Origin: a bacterium
GTDB taxonomy: Bacteria > Patescibacteriota > Microgenomatia > Daviesbacterales > UBA10151
Direction: 5' to 3'
DNA length: 64,000 nucleotides
Assembly: GCA_021786105.1 (NCBI GenBank)
Contig: JAJYNW010000006.1
Coordinates: 1-64,000, forward strand
The position numbers and the translations under genes are program-made. Shown piece after piece: positions 1 through 9,393 of the stretch. Positions within the stretch are counted from its first letter, which is position 1. Every line of letters begins with the position of its first letter. The notes under the pieces were generated by a model that made no database searches, was not told where the DNA came from, and saw only the letters and a program-made list of their open reading frames with translations.

Positions 1-125
1 AGGAGAAGTACGGGCCTATCAGGAAAGGAGAAACAAAGAAAAAGCCACCATTAACTGGCAATTTACCAGTGCAATGGCTAAGAAGAAGTTTAACTTACAT
101 TAAAATTAAAGTAAAGAGGTACTAG
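1..125 (+). mobile_element. IS630-family element, right end (transposase C-terminus 2..103, runs off window)
   Basis: Frame from nt 2 reads GEVRAYQERRNKEKATINWQFTSAMAKKKF, matching the IS630 'RN...INWxFT' tail; stop 101-103; followed by ...GAGGTACTAG, an IS630-like terminus. Confidence 0.7.
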
Positions 126-155
126 TTGGCGGTTTTTCACCTAACGCATATGGAG

Positions 156-590
156 TTAGATAAACGGGGTAATCATTTCAGCAACATCTTCCGGCAGATC
201 CGAGATAATATCCTCTGCTTCCCCCAAGCTGATGTGTTTCTGAAGCGCCATCAAGACCGCGCTGACTACATCTTCTATGTTATCTTCCATGGAAAAGGGG
301 AATTGTCTTCTGATTTCCTGCAGGAATTCTTCCTTATTCATTTTTATGGGAACTTTGGCCGGATTCCAGCCATCATAATACATACCCCGTATCAGCATGG
401 GTAGTTGGGCGCCCAACTGGACTGCTTCTTCAACCGGCAGCCTATCCCTTAGCGTATGCAAGACTGCCCTAAGGGCAGCATAAGATTGATTCCGCCGGTT
501 TTCCCAGCCAAAAGTCTTTTCAATTTCTTTCAAAAGCTCATTGGTTTTTTGGATCGTATTATTAAATTCTTCAAATCCGCTTCCATCCAT
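156..590 (-). CDS. DUF2267 family protein
   Basis: ALRAVLHTLRDRLPVEEAVQLGAQLPMLIRGMYYDGW signature. Confidence 0.9.
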   Translation of the reverse strand: MDGSGFEEFNNTIQKTNELLKEIEKTFGWENRRNQSYAALRAVLHTLRDRLPVEEAVQLGAQLPMLIRGMYYDGWNPAKVPIKMNKEEFLQEIRRQFPFSMEDNIEDVVSAVLMALQKHISLGEAEDIISDLPEDVAEMITPFI

Positions 591-623
591 AAATTTATGC
601 TACATCAGGTTGTTTAAAGCCGG

Positions 624-652
624 GTTACAAACAGAAAAGAATTTTGTAAGAA
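624..652 (-). promoter_or_regulatory. TTCTTAC-type direct-repeat box upstream of DUF2267
   Basis: TTCTTAC-aaaa-TTCTTTT-ctgt-TTGTAAC; -10 TAGCAT at 597-602. Confidence 0.7.
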
Positions 653-657
653 AGAGT

Positions 658-2847
658 TTAAGTGGGAGAAGGGGTTGATGAAGTTGTGGGAGCGGGGGAG
701 ATTTCTAGGGTGGTTGTTGGTGAAGTGATCGGGGTTACTGATGGGGTGATTATTATATAGGTTGTGCCTGATGAGGTCGGAGTCGGAGGAGAAGCGGGTG
801 AGACAGCGGCGGAAGGGGTAGCCGTGTTTGTCAGGCAGTTTTTTAAGGGTTCGGTACCTTTGACAAAATATTCAAAGGCGGCAGAACTGGTGGCAATTTT
901 GGAAACAGGATTTGAGCCGCAAGTAGGGATTTTAACTATGCCTTCAGGCGGGGTAAATTGCTCAATAGGGGTTCCTTTTAAAAATTTCTCCATCAGATCC
1001 TGCCAAATTGGCGCAGCCCCTAAGGATCCAGCCACCCCATCCATTGGTTCGTTATAATTATTTCCTACCCATACCCCTACTACTAAACTGGGGGTATAGC
1101 CGATAGTCCAAGCATCTTTAAATTCCTCAGCTGTGCCGGTTTTGACGGCGGCAGGCCGGGAAATATTTAAAGCAGTGCCAAAAACTTCAGCCCGGGCTTT
1201 ATTGTCGGACAGAATTGAGGAGATTAAAAAGGTATATTTTTCATCAACTACCCGGGTGGGATTAGGCTGATATTTATAAATCAAATTACCCTTTTTGTCG
1301 GCAATCTCCAAAATTAAAGTCGGTTCGTTTCTATAGCCTTTGTTGGCAAATACCGCATAGGCGTTAGTCAGCTCTAATAGTTTAACCTCGCCTGTTCCTA
1401 GCACTAAGGCTAAGCCGTAGTTCTCCGGATCGCCCAGAGTAGTGATTCCTAAATTCTTGGCTGAATCCAGTGCATCCGGTACCCCGATTTTTTGCAGGAC
1501 CGAAACAGCCGGGATATTTAAAGAATTAGATAGCGCTCTCCTGACTGTCACCGGTCCCCGGTATCTTCGATCGTAGTCGACAGGTCGGTAATAAGCGTTT
1601 GGATCATTGGCTAAGTTGTAAAGAGCCGCGGCACGGGTGGGAAATCTGGCAAAAAATTTCTTTTCATCAAAGTTGGCAAATCTGGTCGGTTCATCCTGCA
1701 GTATTGTGGCAGGGGTAAGAAAATTTTCTTCAAAAGCCCGGATATAAACAATTGGTTTGAAGGCGGAACCTGGTGAGCGAAGCGAGACAGCAATATTAAC
1801 TTTGCCAAAACTGCTATTATTCCAGTCTTTGCTGCCGACTAAAGCTTTAACTTCAGAGGTTTTTGGATCCATGACAACGGCTGAGCCGTTGGAGACATTA
1901 TTAAACCTGAGGTTTTCTACTTGTCTGGCCACTGATTTTTCGGCATACTTTTGCCAATCTAAATCCAAAGTGGTTTTAACCTTAAAGCCGGACCGGGCCA
2001 CTACCTCTTCACCATATTGCTTGATTAGCTGGTCCCTGACCATTAGGGCAAAGTGGGGGGCGGTAGCGTTAAGATCGTTTTGGTGAGGGTCAAGCCCAAT
2101 ATCCTCCTTTAGGGCTTCGTCTTTTTGTTCAGGGGTAATATATTTTTGTTCCACCATTTTGTCTAAAACCAGTGCCTGTATTCTTTTGGCTTCGGTTAGA
2201 TCCCCGTTTAATAAAGAAAGCCGTGAGGGGGCCGGTAAGACGGCGGCTAAAATGGCGCTTTGGGCCAGGTTTAAATCTTTGGCGTGTTTGTTGAAGTAAA
2301 TATCGGCTGCTTCTTCTACTCCAAAAGAGCCTTCGCCAAAGTAGACGGAGTTTAAGTACATTTCTAAAATCTGGTTTTTGGTATATCTTCTTTCCAGTTC
2401 CTGCGACAAAACTATTTCCTGGGCTTTTCTCAAAAAATCCTTTCTGGGATTAAGCAGGGAATTTTTAACCAGTTGCTGGGTGATGGTGGAGGCTCCGTAC
2501 GTCAGCTGTTTTCCCTGAATATCCTCAAAAAAAGCCCGGATCATGGCGGTGATGGAAAAACCGGGATGGGAATAAAAATCCTTATCTTCCATGGCGATAA
2601 TGGCCTGTTGGGTAACTTTGGGGATATTAGACAAAGGCACCTCTTTTTTCAGCTTAGCGTCATAAAAAGTAAAAAAGAGGCGGCTTTTAGAATCAAATAG
2701 TTTAATCCCCTGATCATTATGATTGATTAAGGTTTCTCTGGGGGCTAAGTCTGAAGCAAAATGAATATAGGTTAGTATGGGTATGAGGCAAAGGAAAATG
2801 GTTACAGCAAAAAAAGCCACCAAAAGGTCGCGGCGCAGCCAAGTCAT
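658..2847 (-). CDS. Class A penicillin-binding protein (PBP1A family)
   Basis: N-terminal TM; GT51 motifs EDKDF, GASTITQQL; transpeptidase SAFK, SLN, KTG; Pro/Thr/Ser tail. Confidence 0.95.
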   Translation of the reverse strand: MTWLRRDLLVAFFAVTIFLCLIPILTYIHFASDLAPRETLINHNDQGIKLFDSKSRLFFTFYDAKLKKEVPLSNIPKVTQQAIIAMEDKDFYSHPGFSITAMIRAFFEDIQGKQLTYGASTITQQLVKNSLLNPRKDFLRKAQEIVLSQELERRYTKNQILEMYLNSVYFGEGSFGVEEAADIYFNKHAKDLNLAQSAILAAVLPAPSRLSLLNGDLTEAKRIQALVLDKMVEQKYITPEQKDEALKEDIGLDPHQNDLNATAPHFALMVRDQLIKQYGEEVVARSGFKVKTTLDLDWQKYAEKSVARQVENLRFNNVSNGSAVVMDPKTSEVKALVGSKDWNNSSFGKVNIAVSLRSPGSAFKPIVYIRAFEENFLTPATILQDEPTRFANFDEKKFFARFPTRAAALYNLANDPNAYYRPVDYDRRYRGPVTVRRALSNSLNIPAVSVLQKIGVPDALDSAKNLGITTLGDPENYGLALVLGTGEVKLLELTNAYAVFANKGYRNEPTLILEIADKKGNLIYKYQPNPTRVVDEKYTFLISSILSDNKARAEVFGTALNISRPAAVKTGTAEEFKDAWTIGYTPSLVVGVWVGNNYNEPMDGVAGSLGAAPIWQDLMEKFLKGTPIEQFTPPEGIVKIPTCGSNPVSKIATSSAAFEYFVKGTEPLKNCLTNTATPSAAVSPASPPTPTSSGTTYIIITPSVTPITSPTTTLEISPAPTTSSTPSPT

Positions 2848-2880
2848 AGTTAAAGCTTAATTAAGTTTTGTGGAAAGAAC

Positions 2881-2909
2881 GTGAGAATTATTAGAGAAGT
2901 ATGTAAGAA
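2881..2909 (-). promoter_or_regulatory. Triple TTCTTAC-type box upstream of PBP
   Basis: TTCTTAC-atac-TTCTCTA-ataa-TTCTCAC; -10 TAAGCT at 2854-2859. Confidence 0.7.
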
Positions 2910-2918
2910 TGGGAGGAG

Positions 2919-3992
2919 TTAGCCAAAATATTTCCAGGAATCATATTTAGTTTGAAGTTGGTCCTTGGTGACATTAACCGGTGGCAAACCGGCAGATTTT
3001 TCAAACCCAAAATCCAGGAGTTCTGCTGCCCACATATCTCTTTCTAAAACTCCCGGAGCGCCTAATACCACAGCTAATAATCTTTTGCCGCCTCTTTCGG
3101 AAAATACCACTGTGCAGTTGCCAGCTTTTTCCGTATTGCCAATTTTGACGCCCGCTACACCCGGATATACATCCAGTAATCCATTCCAGTTGTAAAGATC
3201 TGCCTGTTTGTGAGTACTTGTCGCCGGATAGAACTGGTAATCCTTGGTTACAATTTCCCTAAAAGTCGGATAATTTTTTAAGGCATAATTTGCCAGGATG
3301 GCTAAATCTTCCACGCTGCTGAAGTGAGTATCAGCATCAAACCCCTGCGGGTTATCAAAGTGGGTATTTTTTAGCCCTAAAACTTCAGCTTTAATATTCA
3401 TGGCTTTTATAAAAGTGCCGTTACCGTATTTTTGGTCAATATTATCTTTGAAAACTTGAGCCACATCATTGGCTGAAGTTAACAGCATGGCATTTAGCAG
3501 TTCGTTCCGACTCCACTTTTGTCCCGGCACGACCCCCATCCGGGTAGGCTGGACATTGGCCGCGTTTTGAGAGACGGTGAATTGGTCATTAGGGCTGGCC
3601 AAATCCATCACCACCACCGCGGTCATCATTTTAGTCAGAGAGGCCATCGGCAGTCTTTGATTAAGATTTTTTCCGGCGATTACCTGGCCGGTATCAGCAT
3701 CAACCACCGCATAGGCAGAAGCCTGGTTAAAATCAGCGGAAGTATCAACTGGAGTTTGGACATTGGCTTCCTTGATTTGAAAATTATTGGCAGTTTGGGC
3801 CAGCTTGGCACGGATATCATTAAACCGGTCAACGGTAATGGCCGGCTTAACCAGCGGTTGGGTGGCTGCTTGCTGGTGGGCCTTGATGGATTGGATAAAG
3901 GTCATGGCGAAACCGAAAACCAGCGCGACCACAAAAGGTTTCCAGCTGTGTGAAAGTATTTTGATGATAGGTTTTAAGTTATCCATATTCAT
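2919..3992 (-). CDS. D-alanyl-D-alanine carboxypeptidase (peptidase S11)
   Basis: PMASLTK, SAN and KIG (KTG variant) motifs; N-terminal TM. Confidence 0.9.
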   Translation of the reverse strand: MNMDNLKPIIKILSHSWKPFVVALVFGFAMTFIQSIKAHQQAATQPLVKPAITVDRFNDIRAKLAQTANNFQIKEANVQTPVDTSADFNQASAYAVVDADTGQVIAGKNLNQRLPMASLTKMMTAVVVMDLASPNDQFTVSQNAANVQPTRMGVVPGQKWSRNELLNAMLLTSANDVAQVFKDNIDQKYGNGTFIKAMNIKAEVLGLKNTHFDNPQGFDADTHFSSVEDLAILANYALKNYPTFREIVTKDYQFYPATSTHKQADLYNWNGLLDVYPGVAGVKIGNTEKAGNCTVVFSERGGKRLLAVVLGAPGVLERDMWAAELLDFGFEKSAGLPPVNVTKDQLQTKYDSWKYFG

Positions 3993-5302
3993 TAGATATT
4001 ATTCACCGCCTTGTTGGTCAAATCAGCGCTGGCCAACTGTTTCGGGCCGAATTTTTGTTCCAGCAAATTCCATAGTTCGGGCTTGCCGTCATCGTTGCCC
4101 AAAGCCCAAATGCCGACTCCGCCTAATCCTTTCTGTTTGGCAAAGTCATATTTAATGCCTAGGGATTTAGTATCTTCCATAAAGACCATTCTCCAGGTGT
4201 CTGTATTGGCGATATGGTAAGCAAAATAGCCGACTTTTCCGTCATCATCCCAGCCATTAATTACCTGGTCTACTCCGTTTAAAACCGAATTCCATGAATT
4301 GGCCACCAGAGAATAAGGTTCTGATTCCCCAGCACCCTTCCAGGAGGTTTGGGCTTTAACAGCCGGCTGATCGACCACATAGTTATACCCGTAATAAGGT
4401 ACGCCCAAAATTAATTTATTGGCAGGCATTAATCTGAGGAAGTCATTAACTGAGGTGGAGATATCATACCAATATTTTCCGTCCTGATATCCATATAAAG
4501 GAGCGGTCGGAATGGCATTGTCTGATCCGGCATTGGCAAAATCATAAGCCATCATAAAAATGCCGTCAGACATTTTACCCAAGGCGCCGATGTCATAAAT
4601 TTTCGGATCTTTAACAGCGGTGGCATATACGGAAACCGTCACTTTTGAACCAGGTACTTCTTGATGCATTCGGTTGGTTAAATCGGTTACAAACTGGGTA
4701 AAACGGTCCCGGTAATATTGGCCCGGATCGCCCTCGAATTCAAAATCTACGTTAATTCCGTCAATACCCCGTTGTTTGACTAACCCGACAGCCTGATCAA
4801 TGGCTGTTCTTTGGGCATTTGTGTCATCCATCAGTTGGGTAATCGAGCCATTATCCATTTGAGTTAAGGTTAAAACTACCCTGGTGTTATTTGAATGGGC
4901 CTTCCTGAAAAGATCTGTGGCCTGACTGCTGGCAAAAGTGTTGTAGCCGGGCGAATCCTTGACCAAATTGCCGTCGCTACCAACTTCAACTCCAAAATAT
5001 GCCAGCGTGGTTAAAACCTTAAAATCGATATTGGATAGTTTATTGATGTTCCAGTATGGAGCGAAACCAAAAACTTCGCTGGAATCCTTGACAGGGGTTA
5101 TGTGGGCTAAGGGCGCCTGAGTCGATGCTGGGGCCGGTGCTTGGGCAAGGACTGGTTTTGGGTTGGACGTTTTACCGCTGACTAAGATGGCGGCAATCAA
5201 AGTTAGGTACACGAAAATTACCAAACTTTGTTTGGCCTCCTGGAAAATTTGGGAAAAGAGGTTTTTAACCTCCTCATATGATGTGGACAGTAAATTCATC
5301 AT
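3992..5302 (-). CDS. Glycoside hydrolase family 18, membrane-anchored
   Basis: DGINVDFE catalytic motif, MAYD, KLILGVPYYG, GGVGIWALG. Confidence 0.9.
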   Translation of the reverse strand: MMNLLSTSYEEVKNLFSQIFQEAKQSLVIFVYLTLIAAILVSGKTSNPKPVLAQAPAPASTQAPLAHITPVKDSSEVFGFAPYWNINKLSNIDFKVLTTLAYFGVEVGSDGNLVKDSPGYNTFASSQATDLFRKAHSNNTRVVLTLTQMDNGSITQLMDDTNAQRTAIDQAVGLVKQRGIDGINVDFEFEGDPGQYYRDRFTQFVTDLTNRMHQEVPGSKVTVSVYATAVKDPKIYDIGALGKMSDGIFMMAYDFANAGSDNAIPTAPLYGYQDGKYWYDISTSVNDFLRLMPANKLILGVPYYGYNYVVDQPAVKAQTSWKGAGESEPYSLVANSWNSVLNGVDQVINGWDDDGKVGYFAYHIANTDTWRMVFMEDTKSLGIKYDFAKQKGLGGVGIWALGNDDGKPELWNLLEQKFGPKQLASADLTNKAVNNI

Positions 5303-5450
5303 AAGTTTAAAAAACTTTACACATTGTCGCTTTGATTAACTACGAAGAATCTAAAAAGCTTTTTGTCCGACCTTCGTGATTAATCAAGGTGGCAATGCGG
5401 AATACTGTACTAATGAAGTAAAAAAAGGTTCTTCTGAACCTGAAGTGCGT

Positions 5451-5479
5451 ATGTTAACAGAGATGTAAAGTCTTGTCAA
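5451..5479 (-). promoter_or_regulatory. Sigma70-type promoter of the GH18-dacA operon
   Basis: TTGACA-17 nt-TAACAT with extended TG. Confidence 0.65.
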
Positions 5480-5500
5480 TAAACCTATAGAATGCAATAT

Positions 5501-5713
5501 TTAGAGGGAAATTGTGGAGGTTTGAGGAGTTTCCCTAGTTTCTTCACTATTTTTCGGGCTGTTTCCTGCTTGCGACTTCATGAAGTCAATAAAGACTAGG
5601 CCGAGAACTATTAAAGCAGTTATAAGAGTTAAGAAGATTATCAGAACTTTGTTGTCAAAGTTTTCCTTTAAAGCCGGTGATTTGAGTAGTGGAGTATTTA
5701 TTAAAATATTCAT
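5501..5713 (-). CDS. Small single-pass membrane protein
   Basis: One hydrophobic helix; ATGA overlap with upstream gene. Confidence 0.6.
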   Translation of the reverse strand: MNILINTPLLKSPALKENFDNKVLIIFLTLITALIVLGLVFIDFMKSQAGNSPKNSEETRETPQTSTISL

Positions 5714-5961
5714 GTTTTGCCAAAAGCCCTTTCGATAAACATTAAAAACAATGCGCCTAAAGCTGCAACGGCAATGGAGGGGAAGTTAAATCCGGAAATC
5801 CCGATGCCAAAAACTAAATTACCTAAAATTCCGCCTAATATGGCCCCTAAGATAGCTAAAATTACGGAACCCAAAACGCCTCCTCTTGAAGGATAAGGGT
5901 CAATTAGGTTAGCAATTACTCCGATAATAAGTCCGAAAATGATCCATAAAGGAATATTCAT
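5710..5961 (-). CDS. GlsB/YeaQ/YmgE family stress-response membrane protein
   Basis: WIIFGLIIGVIA...ILGAILGG pattern. Confidence 0.9.
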   Translation of the reverse strand: MNIPLWIIFGLIIGVIANLIDPYPSRGGVLGSVILAILGAILGGILGNLVFGIGISGFNFPSIAVAALGALFLMFIERAFGKT

Positions 5962-6002
5962 ACTATATACAAATGATACTTTTTGAAAATTAAAACCGAC
6001 AC

Positions 6003-6043
6003 AAAAAGAGGTAAGAAGTCAGCAAGAATCTTACCTCTTTTTT
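6003..6043. terminator. Hairpin with A/T tails, overlapping a TTCTTAC box (6011-6028)
   Basis: AAAAAGAGGTAAGA / TCTTACCTCTTTTT inverted repeat just after the 6057..6218 ORF. Confidence 0.6.
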
Positions 6044-6056
6044 AAACATTTATCCC

Positions 6057-6218
6057 TTACCTCTCACCCTCCATGTCCTCCATATAATAGGGATTGTCCT
6101 CGTTTTTATTTGTCCTTCCTCTTCCTATATCATGATAAGCTGGTTGTTCTTTCTTCATCCCCTGATTCTTTCTGCCGGTTTTGGAAGACTTTGATTGCTT
6201 GCCTTTTTTCATCGCCAT
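6057..6218 (-). CDS. 53-aa hydrophilic protein not in the ORF track (MAMKKGKQSKSSKTGRKNQGM...EGER)
   Basis: Strong SD GGAGAGGGGGTGA, -10 TAAACT at 6249-6254, TTATTAC boxes at 6287-6304, downstream hairpin. Confidence 0.7.
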   Translation of the reverse strand: MAMKKGKQSKSSKTGRKNQGMKKEQPAYHDIGRGRTNKNEDNPYYMEDMEGER

Positions 6219-6375
6219 GCTAATCACCCCCTCTCCTGTTCATTTGGTAGTTTACTTTTCTTCATTAATGAAAATGTGCTTTTTTTGTAATAACTTTGTA
6301 ATAAAGACCCCTTTTCTATTGAACAATAAAATTGATGTATATATAATTCGAATACTCGGAAATATTTCTTAAATT

Positions 6376-7047
6376 ATGGTGAGTAAAGTATTAATTGTTG
6401 AAGACGACACAGGTTTGCAGAAATATTTAAAAGAACTTTTGTTAAATAATGAATATTCTCCCCAAGCGGTTTCTGACGGTATATCTGCCATAAATTTCAT
6501 CTCCAAATCCGCCCCGGATTTAGTTATTCTGGATTTAGGGTTGCCTAATATGAGCGGCGAGTCGGTTTGTCAGGAAATCAGGAAGGATCACCCGGAAGTG
6601 CCGGTTATTATTTTGACTGCCCGGGACGGCATGTCTGATATTGTGCAGGGGTTGAATTTGGGGGCAGATGACTATATTACCAAACCATTTGTGGCTGATG
6701 AATTGTTGGCTCGGATTAAAGCCCGGCTGCGCCGTACCGGCGAGCCGGAAAGCAAACTAAGGATTTCCGACTTGGAGCTTGATAGGAAAACATTTGAGGT
6801 TAAAAGAGAGAGTAAAAGCATTCAGCTGACTCCCCAGGAGTTTAAATTACTGGAATATTTAATGCATAATAAAGGCCGGATTTTGACCAGAGAAATGATT
6901 CTTAACAGGGTTTGGCTGTATTCTCAGGATATTGAAACCAGAGTGGTGGATGTATATATGGGATATTTGCGGAAAAAGATTGACGGCGGATATAAGAAAA
7001 AGCTTCTTCACTCGGTCAGGGGTTTTGGGTACATGATTAAAGATTAG
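6376..7047 (+). CDS. OmpR/PhoB-family response regulator
   Basis: VEDD, ILDLGLP, GADDYITKPF receiver motifs; winged helix LTPQEF...SVRGFGY. Confidence 0.95.
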   Translation: MVSKVLIVEDDTGLQKYLKELLLNNEYSPQAVSDGISAINFISKSAPDLVILDLGLPNMSGESVCQEIRKDHPEVPVIILTARDGMSDIVQGLNLGADDYITKPFVADELLARIKARLRRTGEPESKLRISDLELDRKTFEVKRESKSIQLTPQEFKLLEYLMHNKGRILTREMILNRVWLYSQDIETRVVDVYMGYLRKKIDGGYKKKLLHSVRGFGYMIKD

Positions 7048-8212
7048 GGTTTAACAGTTTAAGCTTGGGTAGCTTTACTTCAACAGTAGTGCCCTTATTT
7101 TCTTTAGATCTGATGTTAATGATACCGCGGTGCTGGGCTACAATATTTTTGGCTAAAAAGAGTCCCACCCCCATGCCTTCTCCGCTGTGATTTCCGCCCC
7201 GGTAAAACATTTGGCAAACTCTCGGCAGGTCTTTTTTAGATATCCCTTTACCCTGATCCTTAACCTGGCAAATCACATAACCGGATTTATGTTTCAGGGA
7301 GATGACGATACTTTTATCCAAAGGAGAAAATTTGGCGGCATTGTCCAGCAAATTAAGAATTGTTTGCAGTAATTTATTGTAGTCACCGATAATCCTATCG
7401 TGGCCGGGCATTAATTTGTTTTCCATTAAAATTTTATTATGAGGACGGATAAAGCGAAAATCTAAGAGTGCCTTGTCTACGATCTCTTTTAAATAACATT
7501 CCTCCCAGACATAGCGAAATTTGCCGGTTCTAATTCGGTCTATTTCCAGTAGCTCATTAACCAGCTGGCCCAGTCTGTAGCTTTCCCAGGACAATTCTTC
7601 AATCCACCTTGATTCAGGAGTATTAGTTTCTGCCAGTTTAGAATAGAGGAGCTGGGTATAGCCGTTGATGGTGGTCAATGGCGTTTTTAGCTCATGGGCA
7701 GCCATGGAAATAAACAGATCCCTGGTTTCCATGGCCTTTTGGGCTTGGAATTGGAGTTGGGCTTTGCGGATGGTTAATACAACCAGGGGGGCAAACAGTT
7801 TCAACATATCCTTCTCTTTTTCCGAAAAAAATTTATTCTTCAAAGACATAAAGGAAATTACCCCGATAGGTTTGATACGGTCGGATAGAGGTAGGATGAT
7901 AACCGAATGGATCTTTGTTTCTTTGATTTCCGGGTGATGCCGGAATATCTGTTTGGCGTTTAAAATAACCGGTTCCCGTGCCTTTAGAGCCCGGTACATA
8001 AAATCCCTTTTGCGTGGTTTAATTTTACAAAAAACCGGTGCAGAAGCGTAAGCTTTTTTCAATTCTTTATTATCAAGCAATAAAATTGAGCCAAAATCTG
8101 TCTGGGTAAGTTTAATCCCTTCTTCCACAATCTGCCTGTAGGTATCCGGCAAGCTTAAAGGCGACAAGAATTTGAGTCCTGATTGGTAAATTGCTTCCAG
8201 GGTATTGTCCAC
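7037..8212 (-). CDS. Cytoplasmic GAF-domain sensor histidine kinase
   Basis: HELKTPL H-box, NLLDNAAKF, DQGKG, GMGVGL; no TM; convergent with the regulator. Confidence 0.92.
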   Translation of the reverse strand: MDNTLEAIYQSGLKFLSPLSLPDTYRQIVEEGIKLTQTDFGSILLLDNKELKKAYASAPVFCKIKPRKRDFMYRALKAREPVILNAKQIFRHHPEIKETKIHSVIILPLSDRIKPIGVISFMSLKNKFFSEKEKDMLKLFAPLVVLTIRKAQLQFQAQKAMETRDLFISMAAHELKTPLTTINGYTQLLYSKLAETNTPESRWIEELSWESYRLGQLVNELLEIDRIRTGKFRYVWEECYLKEIVDKALLDFRFIRPHNKILMENKLMPGHDRIIGDYNKLLQTILNLLDNAAKFSPLDKSIVISLKHKSGYVICQVKDQGKGISKKDLPRVCQMFYRGGNHSGEGMGVGLFLAKNIVAQHRGIINIRSKENKGTTVEVKLPKLKLLNPNL

Positions 8213-8323
8213 AGTCTATTTTCCGATTAAGACTACTATATATTTATATGGATTTCAGTGGATAATCTAACAATATTCATTTAGGACTTGTAGAAAGTCT
8301 GTTTTTTGTTATGTTACTATACT

Positions 8324-9393
8324 ATGAGATTCGCTGAAGGCGAAATGATGCCAGCCATAATTTCTGTTGGTATGGCAACAGGGGATAGACTTGTTACAAA
8401 CACCGATGTTGATGTTTGCCTGGGGAAAAAAATTGGGTTCACGAATAGAGTAATGAATGGGGTTGGTATTGAACAAAGATTTTGGGTAAAAGAGGGGCAG
8501 GCAACTTCTGATTTATGTGTTGGAGCGCTTCGACAGGCAATAGATTCCGCTGGAATAGTGTCTGCTGATATCACCAGCTTGCTTGTAGCTACATCTTCTC
8601 CTGATATGCAGGCAGTCTCTACGGCCGCAGTAATTCAAAAGAAACTGGCTTTGTCTAACCGGATTCTTGCAAGTAATAATAGTGATGCTTGTCCGGGGTT
8701 TATTTTTGGGTTACATAGGGCTTTTACAGGTTTAACAAGTCCTCTTGGAGAAAAAGGTTATTATGGAGTAATTGGCGGGGAAGTAATGAGCCCGGTAATA
8801 GGTAAAGATGATGAGTTTTCTCATGAAAAGAGAAGAAGAGAATCGATTGCTATTCTAGTCGGAGATGCTGCAGGTGCAGTAATTGCTAAAATGGTTACTC
8901 CGGATAAAGAAGCACCAACAAATATGGGTTTTGCTTTTGGAGCAGACGGGGAATATGCAGACGAATTGGGGGTTGAGGCGGGAGGAAGTAAATTACCGAT
9001 AAATTTAACAGTCGTTCAGGAGGGAAGGCTTATCTTCATATGGACGGAAAGGCAATATTTAAGCAGGCCGTAAGAAGGATGTCAGAGGTGGCAAAAGAGG
9101 CTTTAGCCAGGGCAGAGGTTCCGATAGAAGAAATTGATTTTTTTGTACCACACCAGGCAAACGGAAAAATAATTAAAGCGGTAGCAGAAAGTTTAGGAGT
9201 TGCGATGGAAAAAGTAATTGTTATCATCAATAAGTACGGAAATACTTTATCTTCATCGATCCCAATTGCTTTATGCGAAGCTGTTAATAGCGGAAAAATT
9301 CGCCGTAATCATATGATTGCTACGGCTTCTTTCGGAGCAGGGATAGCATTTGGTGCTGCAGTCCTTCCTATGGTGGGTTTACCTAAATCTTAA
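8324..9393 (+). pseudogene. fabH: 3-oxoacyl-ACP synthase III (FabH-like), split by a 1-nt frameshift near 9030
   Basis: First frame has GIEQRFW, VATSSPD, DACPGF, GDAAGA; second has MDGKAIF, PHQAN, YGNT, FGAG. Confidence 0.8.
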
